Assembly (NCBI RefSeq): GCF_004010195.1
Contig: NC_057718.1
Coordinates: 58,773,325 to 58,837,324 of the forward strand
Length of the DNA: 64,000 bases
Direction of reading: 5' to 3'
Origin: Chiloscyllium plagiosum
Lineage: Eukaryota
A model generated the notes under the pieces. That model ran no database searches and had not been told where the DNA came from. It saw only the letters and a list, made by a program, of their open reading frames with translations. A program made the translations under genes and the position numbers. Shown piece after piece: positions 1-12,016 of the stretch (its first letter is position 1; each line of letters opens with the position of its first letter).

Positions 1-109
1 AATTTATATATAGAAAGATCCTAAAAAGAACATTGAGATAAATTACTTGCTGCTAGTGATGAAGTATATGCATTTCGAGAACAACAGGACAACTCACCAG
101 TTCTTTACA

Positions 110-400
110 AGAGGGCATAGGTTTAAGGTGAGAGGGAAAAATTTTAAAAGGGACCTAAGGGGCAGCTTTTTCACACAGAGGATGGTGTGTGTATGGAATG
201 AGCTGCCAGAGGAAGTGGTGGAGGCTAGTACAATTACAAAATTTTAAAGGCATCTGGATGGGTATATAAACAGGAAGGGTTTAGTTGGGTATGGGCCAAA
301 TGCTGGCAAATGGGGCTAGATTAGTTTAGGACATCTGATCCACATGGACACGTTGAACTGAAGGGTCTGTTTCCGAGATGACCATCGCTATGACTCTATG
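110..400 (+). mobile_element. CR1 LINE 3' fragment
   Basis: TRGHRFKVRG...FFTQRMVCVWNELPEEVVEA (CR1 ORF2 C-terminus) followed by the tatgactctatgac tail. Confidence 0.9.
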
Positions 401-411
401 ACCGTATGACC

Positions 412-590
412 TGAGAAGGCTGACTGGACCTTCAACCTGGATATCCAAAAGACTCCAACAATATAACACTTCCTCAATATTACACAATAGTGCGGCCTAG
501 ATTATGTGCTGAAGTACATGAATTCAACTCAACCTACAACCTTGTCTTTCAAAAAAAGATAGTTCTACCATTGAGCTAAAGTTGACAGAT
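412..590 (-). mobile_element. Degenerate Deu-domain (SacSINE1/AmnSINE-like) SINE
   Basis: Resembles the reverse of the Deu core and tRNA head (cacttcctcaatattacac...gcctagattatgtgctgaagt...accattgagct); similar remnants near 50085-50450 (+) and 60560-60800 (-). Confidence 0.5.
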
Positions 591-1047
591 TCATTCTTGT
601 AATTTATGAATAAATTTCACCAGAGAGTTGACATTGCAACTCTGTGAGTGCTTATCAAAGTTATTTATAATGTTCAAAACCCTGTATAGATTAAAATGTA
701 AACTGGGAATAAATTAATGAAGGTAAGCATTGAAAGTACTTGCACGTATATAAAGCCTCATGATTCCTGAATATCCAAAGAGTGACAGCTGATCAAGGGT
801 GGTCACCCCCAGTAAAGTGCCTGCCTTAATTTAGAGAAACAGTTCTGGTGGAACTCGTCACAAATAGCAATGATGGAAATAATTTGGCAAGTGACTCTGG
901 TTGAGAGATCGATATTGAGCAGGATAGTTGGGAGAACCTTTTCTGCTGTTCTTTGAAGAAATGGCATCTACATGGGAGAACAGACAAGGCCTTAATTTAT
1001 TAATTTGAAATATCAAACCTCCTAATCAAGTTTGTCAATTCATTATA

Positions 1048-1266
1048 CAGTCTGTTCCAATATAATGCAATAGTTCTGCTCTCGTGTGATCTTGCGTTAT
1101 AAAAAAATTGCGCAATAGCTGCGCCATTTAAACTAATGGGGCTGGAATTGCATTATAGCCAATACAGGTAAGGAAGGCTCTCATCCTGCAAAAAACAGTC
1201 TAAATTCTCCAATCGCATCAAAGCCAATTCACGTTGAAGAAACACACGTTACAGCAGAACTGACTG
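1048..1266. mobile_element. Tigger/pogo-type MITE
   Basis: TA|cagtctgttccaatataatg ... cgttacagcagaactgactg|TA: imperfect ~20 bp TIRs beginning CAGTC, with TA duplication. Confidence 0.75.
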
Positions 1267-3189
1267 TATTCGACTGTTACTGCTGTTTCAGTGCCCATTG
1301 ACTGTTGGGATAAGAGGGCTTCTGATCAAACAGCACTGGGATTTTTATGCTGAATATTTTGTTTTTTTTCTTGCATGCTGGTTAGCAGAACAGGAGATAC
1401 GTGGAGATAGAATAACACTAGTCCACTTTGTGAAAATCAATTTTTAGACAATAGTATTGCTTTCATTAAATCAATAGTTTGGGGATAGGATGGAAGTAAA
1501 AATTCACTTGTTGCATTGAAGTCATATTTTAGCAAATTAAATTGTACTAGAAGAACAAATAAGGAAGAAATTTTCTTGTAGAAATTATTCTTTTTAACCA
1601 AAGACATTGAGTTAGATGTCAGTAAATAAATATCAGAATTGGATATGTCTATTATTTATATATTCTCCAAAGCTAGTTTGCCTACCTGCATTTTTGTGCT
1701 GAATATTTGTTATGTTGATGCGACTTCAGCATTTGATTATCAGTAAAATAAGATCAGCACAACAGGTAAGTGCAATACAACTGGTCATATGCATACCAAC
1801 TGTTGGAAACAGCGTCGGTTTCTCCTGGCAGGCAGCCAACCAGAGCTTAATTGGCCTTAACAGGAAATAGCAGAAGTTCTAGGAAACACCATTATTCCAC
1901 TATCTTCTAATGATGGATGGAACACAGAAACTGAAACTGAGACAAAAAAAATTAGTTTATTACCTCAGTTTTACATAAGTTTCAAAACAGGGTCATTGTC
2001 ATTGAGAGAGCTGTAAATGAAATATGTACAATCCTGTGTTTATCAATAGGGGCACAGAGTTCAAAAACAAGGAAGTCACATACAAAACACCAATTTTACC
2101 TGGCATATTGCATTCTGTTCTGGGAATAATTATTTAGGAAGGGTGCAAAATCTTTAGAAAGAGTGCAGGAAAGATTCACTGGAGTGGTTACAAGGACGTA
2201 GATTAACTGAGGAAATGGGACTATTCTTAGAAAAGAGGAAGGTGAAAGAGGCTATTAATTAGTTTTCATAAAGCATTTGTGGGTTGTATTTGTTGCATTA
2301 ATTTGTCTGATTTCATTTGCTGTGTATGAGGTGAAAGTGGGTGGCAAGGATCTTAGTTCTGGTGAAGATGGTCGAAAGGTGATGAGCTGCCCTGAGAGAT
2401 GAGGTAGGCACCGTAGAGACCATGTGGGATTAGTGGTGCGGAAGTTTTTGTTGGGGTGAGGTGACAAAATGTGAGGGAAGATGTTGCAGCCAATAGTGGG
2501 AATAGCAGAGCGTGAGACTTGCTGGGAGGTGGGTGAGCCAGCAAAGATAGAATGAGTGTGAGGTAGCAGAGAGAAGAGTGTAGCACTTGCTCTGGTGCCA
2601 CAGGTGCAACCTTACAGCACTGCTAGCCATTCCTTCGAATGTTGGACACGGCACTGATTCAGGTGATGATCTTGTGCCAAGTTGTGATGGTGTGGTCTCC
2701 TCTGTAACACCTCCAGAAAGAGGATTTCTCTCCTATGGACCATGCCTTGGCCAGTGCCTCCAGGTCCCTTTCATTACATTGCAGTGCCATCTTCCACTTG
2801 TCCAATTTTGGGTGATCAGGGAAGCTTTGGAAAGCCAATATTCATCTAGGTGCACTGAACCTATCTAAAGCTGGCTGGGGCACAAGGTATGCCAGTCTTT
2901 TGGTGGAAATCCTCTGAGTTATGAATTGTTCTAGGAATGGAGTGTGGTAATGTGGACTGAAATTAGATGTGAGGGACAATTTGGAGGGGGGTAGGAAGTT
3001 AATGTGACAATTTTGGTTACACACAGTGAAACATCTTATTAGGGCTCGCTGTAAAAATCCCACCAAATTCCTTGATACAACCTGGACTTTACCAAAGATA
3101 CGTGAGGTCTGGCCCAAGATCTTTCATATTTCAGTAAGATCAGTTCACATTTTTAATTAACTGCAAATTGGTGTTTGTTCTTCCTCGGA

Positions 3190-3730
3190 ATGTGAGCATT
3201 ACTGACCAACATTTGCTGTGCATCCCTCATTGATTATGAATTGAGTGACTTGCTTGGCCTTTAAAGATAGCAGATTCTGGATCAGTGGTGCTGGAAGAGC
3301 ACAGCAATTCAGGCAGCATCCGAGGACAGGCAAAATCGACGTTTCGGGCAAAATGAAGGGCTTTTGCCCGAAACGTCGATTTTGCCTGTCCTCGGATGCT
3401 GCCTGAATTGCTGTGCTCTTCCAGCACCACTGATCCAGAATCTGGTTTCCAGCATCTGCAGTCATTGTTTTTACCCCTTTAAAGATAGCAGTTAAGAATC
3501 AACCACATTGCTGTGAAGTGGGCATTACATGTACACCTTTAGGGTAGCTGATCTCCCCTGCTAAAAGACATTAATGAACCAGAATTTTTTGACAAGAGTT
3601 GATGGCTGTTTTGTGACATCATGACTAAGGCTAGATTTATATGCCAGCTCCATTAATTAAATTTAAATTCTACTATGTTTTCCGAGTCTGCACCTCTGGT
3701 TTACCAGTTCAGCAACATTATTACTATGTG
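3190..3730 (-). mobile_element. tRNA-derived SINE, interrupted by a Penelope-like palindrome
   Basis: Shares gcagttaagaatcaaccacattgctgtg core with the copy at 46105-46435; split at 3274-3475. Confidence 0.6.
3274..3475. mobile_element. Palindromic Penelope-like mini-insertion (family A)
   Basis: Inverted arms 3271-3353 / 3362-3444, 31-nt tail, 16-bp direct repeat cctttaaagatagcag at 3258-3273 and 3476-3491. Confidence 0.8.
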
Positions 3731-3829
3731 ACTATCTTGTCCTCTCTCCTCCTCCCCCACTAATGCCTAAGTGACTATTAATTTTGTTCTAAATTACTAT
3801 TTCTAGATGCAACCCACCAATGACATTAA

Positions 3830-4290
3830 ATTGACTTATATGTTTCAATAAGGTATGTTTCAATAAAACTCTCATTTTTCTATATTCCAACAAGTACATG
3901 CCGAATCTACTCAACCTCCCTCCATTCCTGGTATCAGCCTAGTGAACTTTCTCTGGGCAGCCTCCAATGCCAGTATATCTTTTCTTCAGTAGGGTCCCAA
4001 ATCTGTTCACAGTATTTGAGGTGTATCTGACTACTGTTTTGGATAGTTTTAATAAATCCTCCCCACTTGTATACCCCATATCTTTTGAAGTACAGGCCAA
4101 TATTCCATTTGTCTTCCCTATTACCTGCTGAATGTGGATACTAGCTTTTTGTGTTTTATGCTTAAGGACTCCCAAATCTCTCTGTTCTGCAGCTTTCCAC
4201 AGTCGTTCTCCAGATAAATAATACTCAGCTCATCTATTCTTCCTGCCAAACTGCAGGACCTCATATTTCCCCACATTAAATTCTGTTGGA
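3830..4290 (-). mobile_element. CR1 LINE fragment
   Basis: Minus ORF resembles CR1 RT C-terminus (QQVIGKTNGILACTSK). Confidence 0.75.
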
Positions 4291-4506
4291 ATTTTCTAGG
4301 TTTCTGTGAGATCCAGCCTCATTCTCCACTGCCCCCCCCCCCCCCCCCACCACCAAATTCTTCAATGTATATCATTCTGATCAATTCAGCCCCCCTTCAC
4401 ACATCAGTCCTGCCATCCCAGGAATCAGTCTGGTTGTAAGCTCTCTCTTTTGGAAGTACTATTGGACTGCACTACAGTCTGGTAATAGAGGATATATTGA
4501 TTTATA

Positions 4507-4636
4507 GGTGAAAGCGAGGACTGTAGATGCTGGAGATTAGAGTTGAGAGTGTGGTGCTGGAAAAACACAGCAAGTCAGGCAACATCCAAAGAGTAGGAGA
4601 ATCAACGTTTTGGACAAATGCCTTTCATCCTCTGGA
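4507..4636 (-). mobile_element. Single-arm Penelope-like family A remnant
   Basis: aaagcgaggactgtagatgctggagattagag...gaatcaacgttttggacaaatgcctttcatc; same arm as the palindromes, with a decayed hammerhead core. Confidence 0.7.
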
Positions 4637-4810
4637 ATAAGACCCAGCATCTTCTTTTTGTGTGTGCAATTGAAATACTGGCTTACCCTGGATTCTCTGC
4701 AAAGGTTGATTTCATCCCTTTTTGACTGTGCGTTTATTTAAGGCATTAAGCTGTGGTTGTCAGTTCAGAGGGATATCCATCAGTTGTTGAGCAACAGGAA
4801 GGAAAGTAGT

Positions 4811-5155
4811 GTGGAACAGTGGCTCAGTGGTTAGCACTGCTGCCTCACAGCACTAGGACCTGGGTTCGATTCCACCCTCAGGTGTGTGTGGAGTTTTCAC
4901 ATTCTCCCATGTCTGCATGAATTTCCACCTGGTGCTCTGGTTTCATCTCACAGTCCAAAGATGTGCAGGTTAGGTGGATTGAGCATGCTAAAATTAACCA
5001 TACTGTTCAGGGATGTGCTGGCTAGGTAGATTGACCATGGGAAATGCAGGTTGACAGGGATTGAGTCGGGGGCAAGTCTGGGTGGGATGCTTTTCAGAGG
5101 GATGGTGTGGACTAAATGGACCGAATGACCTGCTTCAATACTCTAGATTCTATGA
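4811..5155 (+). mobile_element. HE1-type (V-SINE) SINE
   Basis: tRNA head gtggctcagtggttagcactgctgcctcacagc...gggttcgattcc, V-core gtgtggagttt...cacagtccaaagatgtgcagg, gattctatga tail. Confidence 0.9.
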
Positions 5156-5760
5156 AGTGCAAAATAACTCAAAGATAATGTGTAACAATTCCAAATAATT
5201 ATCAAGTCGCTAGGTCAAAATCACGAAACTCTTCCCAGTAGCAATGAGACTGTACCTATATGACATGAACTGCAGTGGTTCAAGGCACTGATTCAACACT
5301 TTCTCAAGGACAGTTTGGAGTGGACAAAATGAAAAAATGCTGGCCTATCTAGCGATAGTACCCTCTCATGTAAGAATAAAAATTAAAACATGACAAATGA
5401 TGGCAATGACAGAAGGAGAACCAGGAACTAGAGCTTGAAACAGGCAGCAAGAGGTCACCCACAAGTTCATTGAGCAACAAAAACTTGTATTTAATACTCT
5501 ATACATAATGAAACATCCTAAAATATTTCACAGGCGTGATCATAAATTTAGCTGCAGGAAAGATTAGGTCAGATAACCTCAAACAAAAAATTAATTTTTA
5601 AGGATTGTCTTATCACGGTGAATTGCAGGGCTGTTGAAGATTCGTAGATAGGAAGGAGTGAGATCATTGAGGAAACCAAGTATAAGGAATTTAGAACTAA
5701 GACACTGCATAATAACTGGGAGGACTGTGCAGCAAGTCATTATCACTGTAAAGCAGATTG

Positions 5761-7770
5761 TGTGAGCAAACCTCTATTACAAGGGCATCAGGAAATAGAA
5801 GCTAGTGACAGAGTGTGGCCAGGTAGCTCAGATCCTGAATGGCTAGGCCTGAATCCAGAATGGGCATCTTTTGAGCAGTCAGGCTTGATTGTAGGACAGT
5901 TCAAGCACAAAGCATCCGCACAAGACAAAGGCTGGCAAGGACAAACCAAGCTTGCCTTGGAAAATAAGGTTGGTTTGTGTCTTGGCGTATTTTTACAGTA
6001 TGGTGAGCAGATTGGATGGCATCCTGGGTTCCTGCCATGACCATGTATGGAAAAGAGGATGTGCCCTTGACACATCAGAGAATAGATTACATCAAGGATC
6101 CCTTTGAACACCTTGCCCTAGACCTGGAAGATCAATTGTCTGAGGGTCAGAGATCATTTTGGAAGAATGTAAAGGGGAGGATAAGAAAGGACACCTGCTG
6201 GCCATTCTCTGAGTGAAGACTCAATCTGACCTAGCAGTGGATCTCTGACCACCTGGAGAGAGATAGAAGATGACCACATGTAAGACAAACCTTCACCAAG
6301 TGTATCAGTGCTGACTACACAGCCTAGCCAAGTTTAACTGCATGGGTAGTAACTGGTTCTAGTCTGGTAGCTAGTAGTAGTTTAGATAAGGATTGCAACA
6401 TAGATGTAACATCACGATTGGTAAGGCAGTTAATATAAGATTGGGAGTTTTATATCAACAGAGCAGGATTTTAGATAATATTCAGCTATTTGGCCCCTTT
6501 GTGCCTTTAATATATTTTGTGAATAAAATTGTATTGAATTACAAATTGACGCTGACCTTTTTTCATCTCAAAAGTATAGTCCTTGAGTAAGACAAGTTTA
6601 TGTAGAAAATGATCAGTGTCCAAAACACAAACAACATTGGAATCCTGTGGTTTTCGACAATAAGTGTCTAATAGTTACTCCAAAGTCGAACTCCACCAGC
6701 CTTGTATTCCTGACCAGCTGTCCCACATGATGACCAGGATTCAAATGGGTGAACAGGGATAGAGGCAACTGACCAGTAATTGGATTACACACCAACTCTG
6801 TGGATTGAGTCAAATAAAGCAGTAGCATTTTGAAGCTAGGCTAGTCAAGGGGGAAGGCTAAACTGTGCAAGTCAGCCTGGGGGCAGGTGGGGAGTGAGTC
6901 ACTTACCTCTTCTGTGTTTGACTAAGAGGGACTGGGCGGGAATTTAGCATAAGCCAAACCCCTAACTCCAGTTGCTTCCCTACCCCTCAGATAAACTGTA
7001 AAGGAACAAGAGAGCAGAACAAGGCAGACTGCACATTGTAGGAGGAGACCTTAAGGAAATATCTCAATAGGAAATGGTCCAAATGAGTGAATTTCAGGAT
7101 ACAAAGGACTAAAATTATTTTGGGGGACACATGAAGAGTTAGGTAAGCCCATCCCAAATTAAGTCACACTTCAGGGATAGCCAGCTGTATGGTGCAAGTG
7201 AAAGGGAGAGAAGGTGAAAATGTAAAGCTTAAAGAAAAGCAGGAACAGAGGAAGCAGGTGAATTTGTTGCACATGTGGTGGCTTCAGGCCCAGGTAGAGA
7301 AGGTCTTTTACAGGCAACAATGTATGAGTTATGATCATGATGCAGCCCAAAAAGCAGTGACTGAGCTAGCTGAGAAATGTAGTAATTTACAGGCAACAGT
7401 CATGGTTCTATCCCAAGCAAAACAAGAGAACAAAGCACACACTGCATATGTGTCAATATGAGTGTGATAGATTAAAGTCCCAATGTGTCTTTAGGACTGC
7501 AGGGACAGAAGAGGAGAACAGCAATGAGTTGGATTGGGAGATATAGAGGACGAGGCACATTGCTATACTGAAAACCATGAGGGATGGGCATTCCCACCTC
7601 CCTATCCAGAAGGACCCCTAACTCCAATACCCCTAACAACCTCAGTACCCTCAGAAACTTCAGTATCCTCAGCAGTCCCAGCTCTGCTTCACCTCCCGAA
7701 AGAACCTGAACCCCAGAGAACCACTGAACCACTTCCATCCCAATGAATCCACCAACCACCAATCACCAAG
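5761..7770 (+). mobile_element. 5' LTR, putative PBS and partial gag of a decayed LTR retroelement
   Basis: TG...AACA-bounded ~880 bp segment with AATAAA at ~6522, then TGG-starting PBS-like sequence at 6638; coiled-coil and proline-rich (PPPY) ORF remnants at 7189-7746; truncated by a CR1. Confidence 0.5.
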
Positions 7771-7799
7771 ATAGGCAAACCAAAAAGAAATGAAGTGCA

Positions 7800-9240
7800 G
7801 GGTATTGAATAGGCAAATAATAATCAAAATGTGAAAAGGCAGAAAATATAAACAGGAGAGGACAACAGAAATTAGAACCAGAATAAACAATAATGGCAAA
7901 AGTCAATACTTAATACTCTTTATCTGAATATGTACAGTCTATGTATAAATGTGCTAATGGTGCAAATAAATAAATGAATATGACTTAATAACTATTACAA
8001 AGATGTGTTTGCAAGGTGGTCAGAATCTGGAACTCAAATTCAAGGATATTTGATATTCTGGAAAGCTAAGCAAAAATAGAAAATAAATGGGAAACATTGT
8101 TAATAAAGGACAGTATTAATGTGACAGTGAATAGTTGATTCAGGTGATATAGGTACAATAGATTATCATGTGTAGTCGAGAAGAAAGTGAGGACTGCAGA
8201 TGCTGGAGATCAGAGCTTATTTCCCTTGCTATTTCTTATTTCTAGCCAAGGTGACTACACATGATAGCTGAAAATGTGTTGCTGGTAAAGCACAGCAGGT
8301 CAGGCAGCATCCAAGGAGCAGGAGAATCGATGTTTCGGGCATGAGCCCTTCTTCAGGAATGAGGAAAGTGTGTCCAGCCTATCACCCTCACCTTGACCTC
8401 CTTCCACCTATCGCATTTCCAATGCCCCTCCCCCAAGTCCCTCCTCCCTACCTTTTATCTTAGCCTGCTGGGCACACTTTCCTCATTCCTGAAGAAGGGC
8501 TCATGCCCGAAAGTTCGATTCTCCTTCTCCTTGGATGCTGCCTGACCTGCTGCGCTTTTCCAGCAACACATTTTCAGCTATCATGTGTCGTCACCTTGGC
8601 TAGAAATAAGAAATAGCAAGGGAAATAAGCCAATAAGGTTCAGAGTCATCTATAAGCCCTTAAACAGTTGCCTCATTTTTGGAAAGAATACAAATCAGGA
8701 AATATTGGAGGTGTGTAAGAAGGATACCGAAGTGGTCTTAATTGATTTTAATCTCCATATTGACTAGATAAATAAAGGCAAGGATAACATGGAAGACAAG
8801 TTTATAGAGTACATCAGAGATTGCTCCTTAGATCAGTATGATACACAACCTATATGGGTATAAGTTATTTTAGACCTGGTAATGTGTAATGAGGTTGGAT
8901 GAATTTCAAATTCAGGTTGATGGATAGCAACTTGGGTCACAAACCAGTGTCCTTAAATAAGGACAATTCCAAAGGTAGATGAAGAAAGATTGCCTAAAGT
9001 GAGGCTGGGAAAATAGACTAAGGGGAAGGTCAGTAGCTGGGCAGTGGGAATCATTTAAGGAGATATTTCATAACACTCTGCAAAAATTATTACATTTATT
9101 ATTTATTATTAGAAAGCACTCTGAGAAGGATGAACCACCTACGGTTAATAAAGGCTGTCAAGGAGAGAATTCAGTCAAAAACTACACATAAATAAAGTGA
9201 TGAAAACTAGCTTTATGACAGAGGGTAGGAATTGTTTTAC
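7800..9240 (+). mobile_element. CR1 LINE, APE endonuclease region (decayed)
   Basis: Remnants of LYLN...YDLITIT and WLEIRNSKG...VIYKPLN...DFNLHID; interrupted at 8178-8578. Confidence 0.75.
8178..8578. mobile_element. Palindromic Penelope-like mini-insertion (family A) with captured flank
   Basis: TSD tatcatgtgt(a/c)gtc at 8164-8177 and 8579-8592; inverted arms; hammerhead core CTGAAGA at 8489. Confidence 0.8.
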
Positions 9241-10864
9241 TCACTAATTTACAAGGAATTTCATGCATTCCTATTTATTCACCAAAGCTCCAATTAATTA
9301 GACTTTATTTGTCAGTGCATCACCAGAATATGAGCTTCTTGAGCAAAATTAAGTGTGATGCAGATTTGAAATTACCTAAATTCAATCATCTGTGAGCTTT
9401 TATCCATCAGAATGATAGGACACTAAGCAACTATGCAAGTGTGAGGCCACACTTAGGCCACAGGCATTGTACCTCTCTACTTTCATAAGAAACATATCTC
9501 TTTATTTGAATCAATACATTTAGCACAATTTAGAAGTTCATTGATAATTTTCTAGTAGGTCAATTCACATTGCAATCCATTTTATGATTACAATTCATCT
9601 TTCTACCTTGTTTGTTACATAATTCATAAAATAACAACAATACTGTCTTTAGGCAATGAAATAATGTATTTTAATGCTGTGTTTCACAAAAAAAAGCAAT
9701 AAACTGAGAGAAACAGAGCTGCGAGCTTTATTTGCAGTTTTGTCAAAATTGTGTTACAAAATGTTGACAGTGAGACCAGAAAATAAAATAATATTTTGAT
9801 TTTTCAATTTATTAAAGGATGCAAAGGATACTACCGCCTTTTGAGCAAACATGTTTCAATCAGTGATAATGGAAGAGTTACTTCTGGACACTGTTTTAAA
9901 AGGCTGAAAACCATGCAAACAGAAAGGATCTCACTTGATAGATTTGGAAATTAAGCAGAGAGATTGGCAACAGCAGCAAAATTCCAAACAAAAACCAAGC
10001 AAAGCCATTGAAAAGGCTATAATGAACAAAGAAGGAGTTGTCTCCAATACATTTTATCATAATTAAAGTAGTCTTATTGCTAAGAGATCATGTGAAGAGT
10101 TAGATTGCTGATAGTCTTTATTTCAAGTGATGGTGCTGTAAATACCTCAAGATTGGTGGTCAAGATTGAAGGTGTTAGAAATGAAATTTTGCAAAGAATA
10201 GAAAGGATTGTCAAAAAACTGAGATGATGTCAAGGAGGTCAAGGATAATGAACAACAGTGAAACCTACAGTCTGTCAGGCTCATGCCTCTTTATTGAGCT
10301 GTTCAAATATTAAGTCATAGCCCCGCTTTCCTTGTTATGATCTCCAATGGAGAAAGTTCCATTCTTTATAAACCACACGTTGTCTTTACAAGGAACCTGA
10401 TCAGAAATTTTCTGCTCTTGCAAATCTCTCTGCTTCATCTCCACATTTCTTCAGCATCATGAAGTCTTGCTCCTCCGCTGTCTGCCCTCTTAACTGGAAT
10501 GAGAAATTGTAAGAGTGAGAAAGAAATGCATAGCACCCCAAGCACGATTGCAGCAGAGAAGTTACAGATACCAGGAAAGAGAATAAAGCGGTGAAAACTT
10601 CACCCAGACCATAACTGAGCAACTAATGAGAAAACTAATTAAAGAACATTTTAAAGTGTCATTTACAGAATGTCAATAACTTCTGATGTGCCTTTCAAAA
10701 CCTTAAGGATTCACAAAGTACTTTGTAGCCAATTATGTTATCTTGTTGAAAAGTCACTGTACCAATATAGGAAACATGGCAGCTAATTTGGGCTTAAAAA
10801 GGTGCCACAAACAGCAGTGAAGTATTAGCCAAACAATTGTAGTGAAGTTGGTTGAAGAGTAAAA

Positions 10865-10957
10865 ATAGAAAATGTTAGAAAGACTCAAGCAACTCAGGTA
10901 GCACCTGCAGAGAGAAACAAAGAAAACACTTCAATTTGACGATTCTTCATCAGAACT
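10865..10957 (-). mobile_element. Penelope-like family C remnant
   Basis: Minus strand reads agttCTGATGAagaatcgtc...tctgcaggtgctacctgagttgct, like the copies at 50488 and 63378. Confidence 0.55.
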
Positions 10958-11169
10958 GCAGACCTCTGACAGTGCCTCCTCGAAGGCTCTACCTCCCTAT
11001 AGCATTCTTTACAACTTCTCTGTGTTGCTTGATGAATCTGTGGAAGGTGAAACACATGACTCAAAATTGACTTTGGAAAGGATAAAATGACAACACTTTG
11101 CAGATTTTCATTTTCATTTTGTGGCAACAGCAACAACATTAAATGTTGTTATGTATCAAGTAGACAAAG

Positions 11170-11480
11170 ATTTGCGACTCATTTCCTTGCCATTGTTGCT
11201 ATCACATCCCCATATTTCTGACTGGGATCAGGCAATGGTGAAATTCTAGCTCAGGACATGTCTGCATTTAGATTCAATCTATCCTCCTACCACAGGTCTT
11301 TTGGTCTGGAGTACATCAGCTGCTTAGCCTTGAACTCCTTCTCATCTCGGAGTTCGGTTTCCATTTCCACACTTTATCCATTATCAAAGTTATGTTTTTG
11401 CACTTCAAACATTGCCTACTTTCACCTATCCCTTTCCTTGACTGCTAGTGAGACCCAAATGATGCATTTACATTAAAACT
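11170..11480 (+). mobile_element. L2-type LINE RT fragment
   Basis: NIAYFHLSLSLTASETQMMH resembles the L2 motif AYFHLRNIA...AETLIHAF. Confidence 0.55.
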
Positions 11481-11815
11481 CATGTGCATTTTCTTGAAAA
11501 CTATATTTTGGCTAGACTGGTGCAGCCCATTTCCCTTCAATGCTTTGCATTGCTTCATACCATCTCATTCCTTGCTAAGCTTCACTGCTGTTCATCTGTT
11601 AGTTGTTCCCTACATTTATCATAAATTTATAGGAGTATATAGCATAGACTGAGAACATGCAGCACATTATTCCAATGCAGGTCTTTGGTAGAGCTTTCCA
11701 ATTATCTCAACTCTCACAGGTCTCCAGTTTCTCATTTTCTTCTCTTCTTTCTGTGCGGTACTGAATTTGGAATACAACTCTGTCTCCATCCTTCAGCCCT
11801 CGCAGGAGCTCACTA

Positions 11816-12016
11816 TAGATCATTCTGGTGTAACATGAATTGACTGTAATGTGAGTCATGAGCTGTTTGGATAATACAAAGTTTCTACAGAATGGGTATA
11901 ATGATTTTCTATAACAACCTTTACAGCACCGTGGTCCTATGGTTTTCCATAGCACAATTTTCTATGGCACGAGGTCGCAGAGGAATGCATATATTGCGTT
12001 ATAGCAGCACGACCTG
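11816..12016. mobile_element. Tigger/pogo-type MITE
   Basis: Right end ttatagcagcacgacctg|TA; degenerate left end TA|tagatcattctggtgtaac. Confidence 0.55.

Noticed and set aside
1690..1771. Strong donor cag|gtaagt at 1765 as an upstream exon
   Set aside because: No CCDC85-like open frame or clear acceptor upstream.
2600..3117. Coding-looking minus-strand segment, perhaps an L1/Tx1 remnant
   Set aside because: No motif recognised with enough certainty to assign.
4811..4880. tRNA-like sequences with A/B boxes (also 24315, 33040, 36930, 46350, 49745)
   Set aside because: They are SINE heads followed by SINE bodies, not tRNA genes.
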